From an uncultured Gammaproteobacteria bacterium (lineage in GTDB: Bacteria > Pseudomonadota > Gammaproteobacteria > Methylococcales > Methylomonadaceae), in the NCBI GenBank assembly GCA_965365945.1, contig CBDUDP010000009.1:21331-85330 (forward strand): DNA of 64,000 bases, read 5' to 3'. The translations under genes were made by a program, and so were the position numbers. Shown piece by piece: positions 60,967-64,000 of this stretch (position 1 is the first letter of the stretch; each line of letters opens with the position of its first letter). Under the pieces are notes generated by a model that saw only the letters and a program-made list of their open reading frames with translations, ran no database searches and was not told the origin of the DNA.

Positions 60967-61937
60967 TGCATTACGATATATTTAATGGCGATGCTGATGG
61001 CATCTGCGCACTGATACAGCTCCGACTTGCCTACCCTCTTGAATCAACACTTATTACAGGTATTAAGCGGGATATACAGTTACTTAAAAAAATCAATGCT
61101 CAAACAGGAGACCAGCTTACTGTCCTAGATATTTCCATGCAAAAAAATATGGAACAAGTAAAGGCTTTTTTAGAGCAAGGGGCGAGTATCTTTTATGCCG
61201 ACCATCATCAATCCGGCGAGATTCTTGAACATTCAAATTTACAGGCTTTAATCAACACTGATAGCAACACGTGCACGAGTTTAATTATTAATCAGCACCT
61301 TCAAGGTCAATACCCTCTATGGGCCATTACCGCAGCTTTTGGCGATAATTTACATAAAAGTGCTGAGCAATTAGCCAAAACCTTGCATATTCACCCTAAT
61401 GTATTGGCACAGCTAGAAAAACTAGGTACCTATATAAATTACAATGGTTATGGTAGCTGTATAGCAGATCTACATTTTTCACCGGATAAACTTTATCAGG
61501 AAATGGCTGACTACACCTCCCCGCTTGATTTCATTGCTAATAACCCGCTTATCTATAATCAACTTGAACAAGGTTATTTAGAAGATATGCGTAATGCAGA
61601 ACAAACTCAAGCAGAGTTTAGTAATGATAAAGTTGCAGCCTATATCCTACCGGACGACACTTGGGCAAGACGGGTAAGCGGTGTCTTTAGCAATGATTTA
61701 GCCAATAAACATCCAGATAGAGCGCATGCGGTACTCACTTTTACCCCAGATAATGACTACCAAGTAAGTGTCAGAGCGCCATTGAATAATAAGACCAAAG
61801 CAGATGAGCTATGCGCGTCATTTGCTACGGGTGGTGGCCGTAAAGCAGCTGCGGGAATTAATCATTTGCCTAAAGATAGTTTAGGTTATTTTATTACGCA
61901 GTTTGAGAAAACCTATTCATCGACTACTAGCCTCTAA
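60966..61937 (+). CDS. DHH-family phosphoesterase
   Basis: NGDADG, DHH, SVRAP and GGGRKAAAG motifs; TAATG overlap with cysC. Confidence 0.85.
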   Translation: MHYDIFNGDADGICALIQLRLAYPLESTLITGIKRDIQLLKKINAQTGDQLTVLDISMQKNMEQVKAFLEQGASIFYADHHQSGEILEHSNLQALINTDSNTCTSLIINQHLQGQYPLWAITAAFGDNLHKSAEQLAKTLHIHPNVLAQLEKLGTYINYNGYGSCIADLHFSPDKLYQEMADYTSPLDFIANNPLIYNQLEQGYLEDMRNAEQTQAEFSNDKVAAYILPDDTWARRVSGVFSNDLANKHPDRAHAVLTFTPDNDYQVSVRAPLNNKTKADELCASFATGGGRKAAAGINHLPKDSLGYFITQFEKTYSSTTSL

Positions 61938-62007
61938 CGGTCATTGTATTTCGTAATGCATTCACATATACTTCAATTTCACTCTATATCTAAAAGGATG
62001 AATTATC

Positions 62008-62433
62008 ATGCTTAAACCTTATTATTATGTTGCAATTTTGTTAGGTACTGCTGTATCCAATAGCACATTAGCGAATTGCACCACATCGCCAACATTTAAT
62101 TCTGGAGGACTTAAAAATGCACTTAAAGGGAAGACCATTTGTTACCCTGGTTCTCAAGAAGAACATCATGGAAATGGAAATGCAGAAAGTGAATTATGGG
62201 ATTATAAAACCGGCAATACATCAGACCCAGTCGATCCAAGAAAACAAATTGGTACTTGGGGAGTAAGTGGTAACCCTGCTCAGGTTGAATACAATTACAA
62301 TGACGGAACCAATAGCTCAGGCCCGTTCGTTTTCACTCCACATGACAATGGTGGGGGCTCCATATCATTTTGCTCTGGCAGTACGGAAGTGGTATTGGCA
62401 ACTATCAAGTCTGGATTTTCTGGTTGCCCTTAA
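62008..62433 (+). CDS. small secreted hypothetical protein with four Cys
   Basis: AAGGA RBS, signal peptide, Gly/Ser/Asn-rich, QEEH...LWDYK.G...DPVDP...IGTW core. Confidence 0.75.
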   Translation: MLKPYYYVAILLGTAVSNSTLANCTTSPTFNSGGLKNALKGKTICYPGSQEEHHGNGNAESELWDYKTGNTSDPVDPRKQIGTWGVSGNPAQVEYNYNDGTNSSGPFVFTPHDNGGGSISFCSGSTEVVLATIKSGFSGCP

Positions 62434-62809
62434 CTTATTTCACAACCAATCACCTGCAGCATAAATATGGTCACAAGGGTAATCTTACTAAAATTTACTA
62501 GGCTGTCGAAATAAGATATTTATTAAAAATGTTTACTACTTGCTCATTGACTACCAAAAACATAATTCATAAGATGCACTAAGGAACGAAGTGTATTAAT
62601 CACAGGTAATGCACCTCCGTGTTGGCACGCCCTATAAATATTCTTCGCCTCATAGCACTAATAAGCCAAGAGGTTAATACAAACTAAAACCAGCGAACTT
62701 CGACAGTCTAGCATTCGCCTCTCTGGTTCCCCGAATTTTGTAACAATATACAGGCTTTAGGTCAATGCGCTATGTACGCTCTAACGCAAGCAATACCAAA
62801 ATACCTTTA

Positions 62810-64000
62810 ATGAATTCACAAAAATTTCTGTATTTCTCATTTGCTTACGCCTTATTTATTATCTACGGTAGCCTAGTCCCCCTAGTCTACCGTGATATAC
62901 CTTTTGAAGACGCTTTACTAGCTTTCCAACAAATACGTTATCTCGATCTAGGCGCAGCATCCAGAGCCGATTGGATCGCCAATATACTTTTATACATCCC
63001 TCTGACTTTTTCTTTAACCGCTGCTTTTTCAAACAAAGCCAAACCCTTTGCTCTCACTCTTTTCATTTCCACACTTATTCTGGCTTTCAGTATTTCTCTA
63101 GCCATTACGATCGAGTTCTATCAACAATTCTTCCCGCCTAGAACCGTCTCACAAAATGACTTAATTGCAGAGACCCTAGGTAGCATTACCGGATTAGCAT
63201 TATGGTTGGGTTATGGAAAACACCTAACAAAGCTCTATCAACATATTTTACAAGGTGGCAAAGACGCCTTATTAGCCAGTGCGGCCTTATATATCTTAGC
63301 TTATTTGACGTTAAGCTTTTTTCCTTATGACTTTGTCACTTCATTTCAGGAATTGCAAAATAAACTAGCCAATGGCAATGATGTTTTTTTTATCTCTGAC
63401 AGTTGCGGTGCCTTTATACAGTGCTCATCAAAACTGACGACAGAAATATTGCTCGCTTTACCACTAGGTATTTTTCTTAGCGTGCTATTAAGGTGGCATC
63501 CGCGCAGAGTAGCCGCAGTGGTCATTGTTGGACTTATTATTGGGATCATCATTGAAAGCATACAGCTTTTTCTCATTTCTGGTATTGCCCAAGGCATCTC
63601 TATATTGACCCGTATTATAGGTATGTGGCTAGGAGCAAAAATATATACGCACACAAGCCTTTTACAAAGACCTTTGGCTTTTCAAGTTCCCGACTTAAGA
63701 AAATACCTTCTTATCGCAACGGTTCCTTATTTTTTATTATTAGCCAAATTAAGTGGCTGGACTCTAGCGACACAAGGGGTTAGCACAAACATCTCAGAGA
63801 AGTTCAACAATCTAAATTGGCTACCTTTTTATTATCATTACTACACCACAGAAGCTGTCGCACTAACCAGTCTACTCAGCATATTCGCCATGTATTTACC
63901 CATAGGCATAGGATTCTGGCTATGGAATACCAACAAAGCTTATACAATAAACTCCAGTCCTAAATTAACAGCCAGTTTCTATGCAGTCTGCTTATGCTTT
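62810..64000 (+). CDS. large multi-TM VanZ-repeat protein (runs off window end)
   Basis: Not in the ORF track. Frame is open from ATG 62810 to the window end: FIIYGSLVP, DWIANILLYIP, EFYQQFFPPRTVSQNDL..., LPFYYHYYT. Confidence 0.85.
   Translation, partial: MNSQKFLYFSFAYALFIIYGSLVPLVYRDIPFEDALLAFQQIRYLDLGAASRADWIANILLYIPLTFSLTAAFSNKAKPFALTLFISTLILAFSISLAITIEFYQQFFPPRTVSQNDLIAETLGSITGLALWLGYGKHLTKLYQHILQGGKDALLASAALYILAYLTLSFFPYDFVTSFQELQNKLANGNDVFFISDSCGAFIQCSSKLTTEILLALPLGIFLSVLLRWHPRRVAAVVIVGLIIGIIIESIQLFLISGIAQGISILTRIIGMWLGAKIYTHTSLLQRPLAFQVPDLRKYLLIATVPYFLLLAKLSGWTLATQGVSTNISEKFNNLNWLPFYYHYYTTEAVALTSLLSIFAMYLPIGIGFWLWNTNKAYTINSSPKLTASFYAVCLCF

Noticed and set aside
62623-62637. TGGCACG, a perfect sigma-54 -24 element upstream of the VanZ gene
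   Set aside because: No GC at the -12 position (reads ATAA).

Overview
This is an AT-rich gammaproteobacterial chromosome segment. A Methylococcales-like origin is only an inference from gene content and repeat style; no methanotrophy gene is in the window. Positions 1-41.5 kb are mostly housekeeping. They hold recQ (partial), gshA, a 4Fe-4S-type cysH, ylqF and an HD-GYP response regulator. They also hold a ~16-kb minus-strand run (efp-epmA-bamA-skp-fabZ-lpxA-rnhB-dnaE-pqiA/pqiA'-letB-SulP/carbonic anhydrase) that lacks lpxD and lpxB, epmB, a complete nqrABCDEF-apbE-nqrM operon, a lysR/beta-CA pair and prsK-prsR-manC-DUF748. Positions 41.6-64 kb are an accessory PEP-CTERM/exopolysaccharide region. 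It contains an RND pump pair, a short PrsT-like TPR protein and two paralogous FeeM-type N-acyl amino acid synthases (one fused to a cNMP-binding domain, one not). Also present are a PepA-like PEP-CTERM protein with a sigma-54 promoter and enhancer boxes, a ThiF/E1-like adenylyltransferase, and a decayed IS1595 with nested miniature elements. The region ends with a protease/priming glycosyltransferase/beta-CASP/cNMP-protein operon, cysC plus a DHH phosphoesterase, a small secreted protein and a VanZ-repeat protein (partial). The best leads are the cyclic-nucleotide- and sigma-54-controlled acylation/adenylation module around the PEP-CTERM gene, a Cys-rich N-terminal extension on NqrC, and the nested MITE stack at 55.4-55.8 kb. 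No rRNA, tRNA, CRISPR array or exosortase gene was seen. All family assignments come from motif recognition, not database searches.
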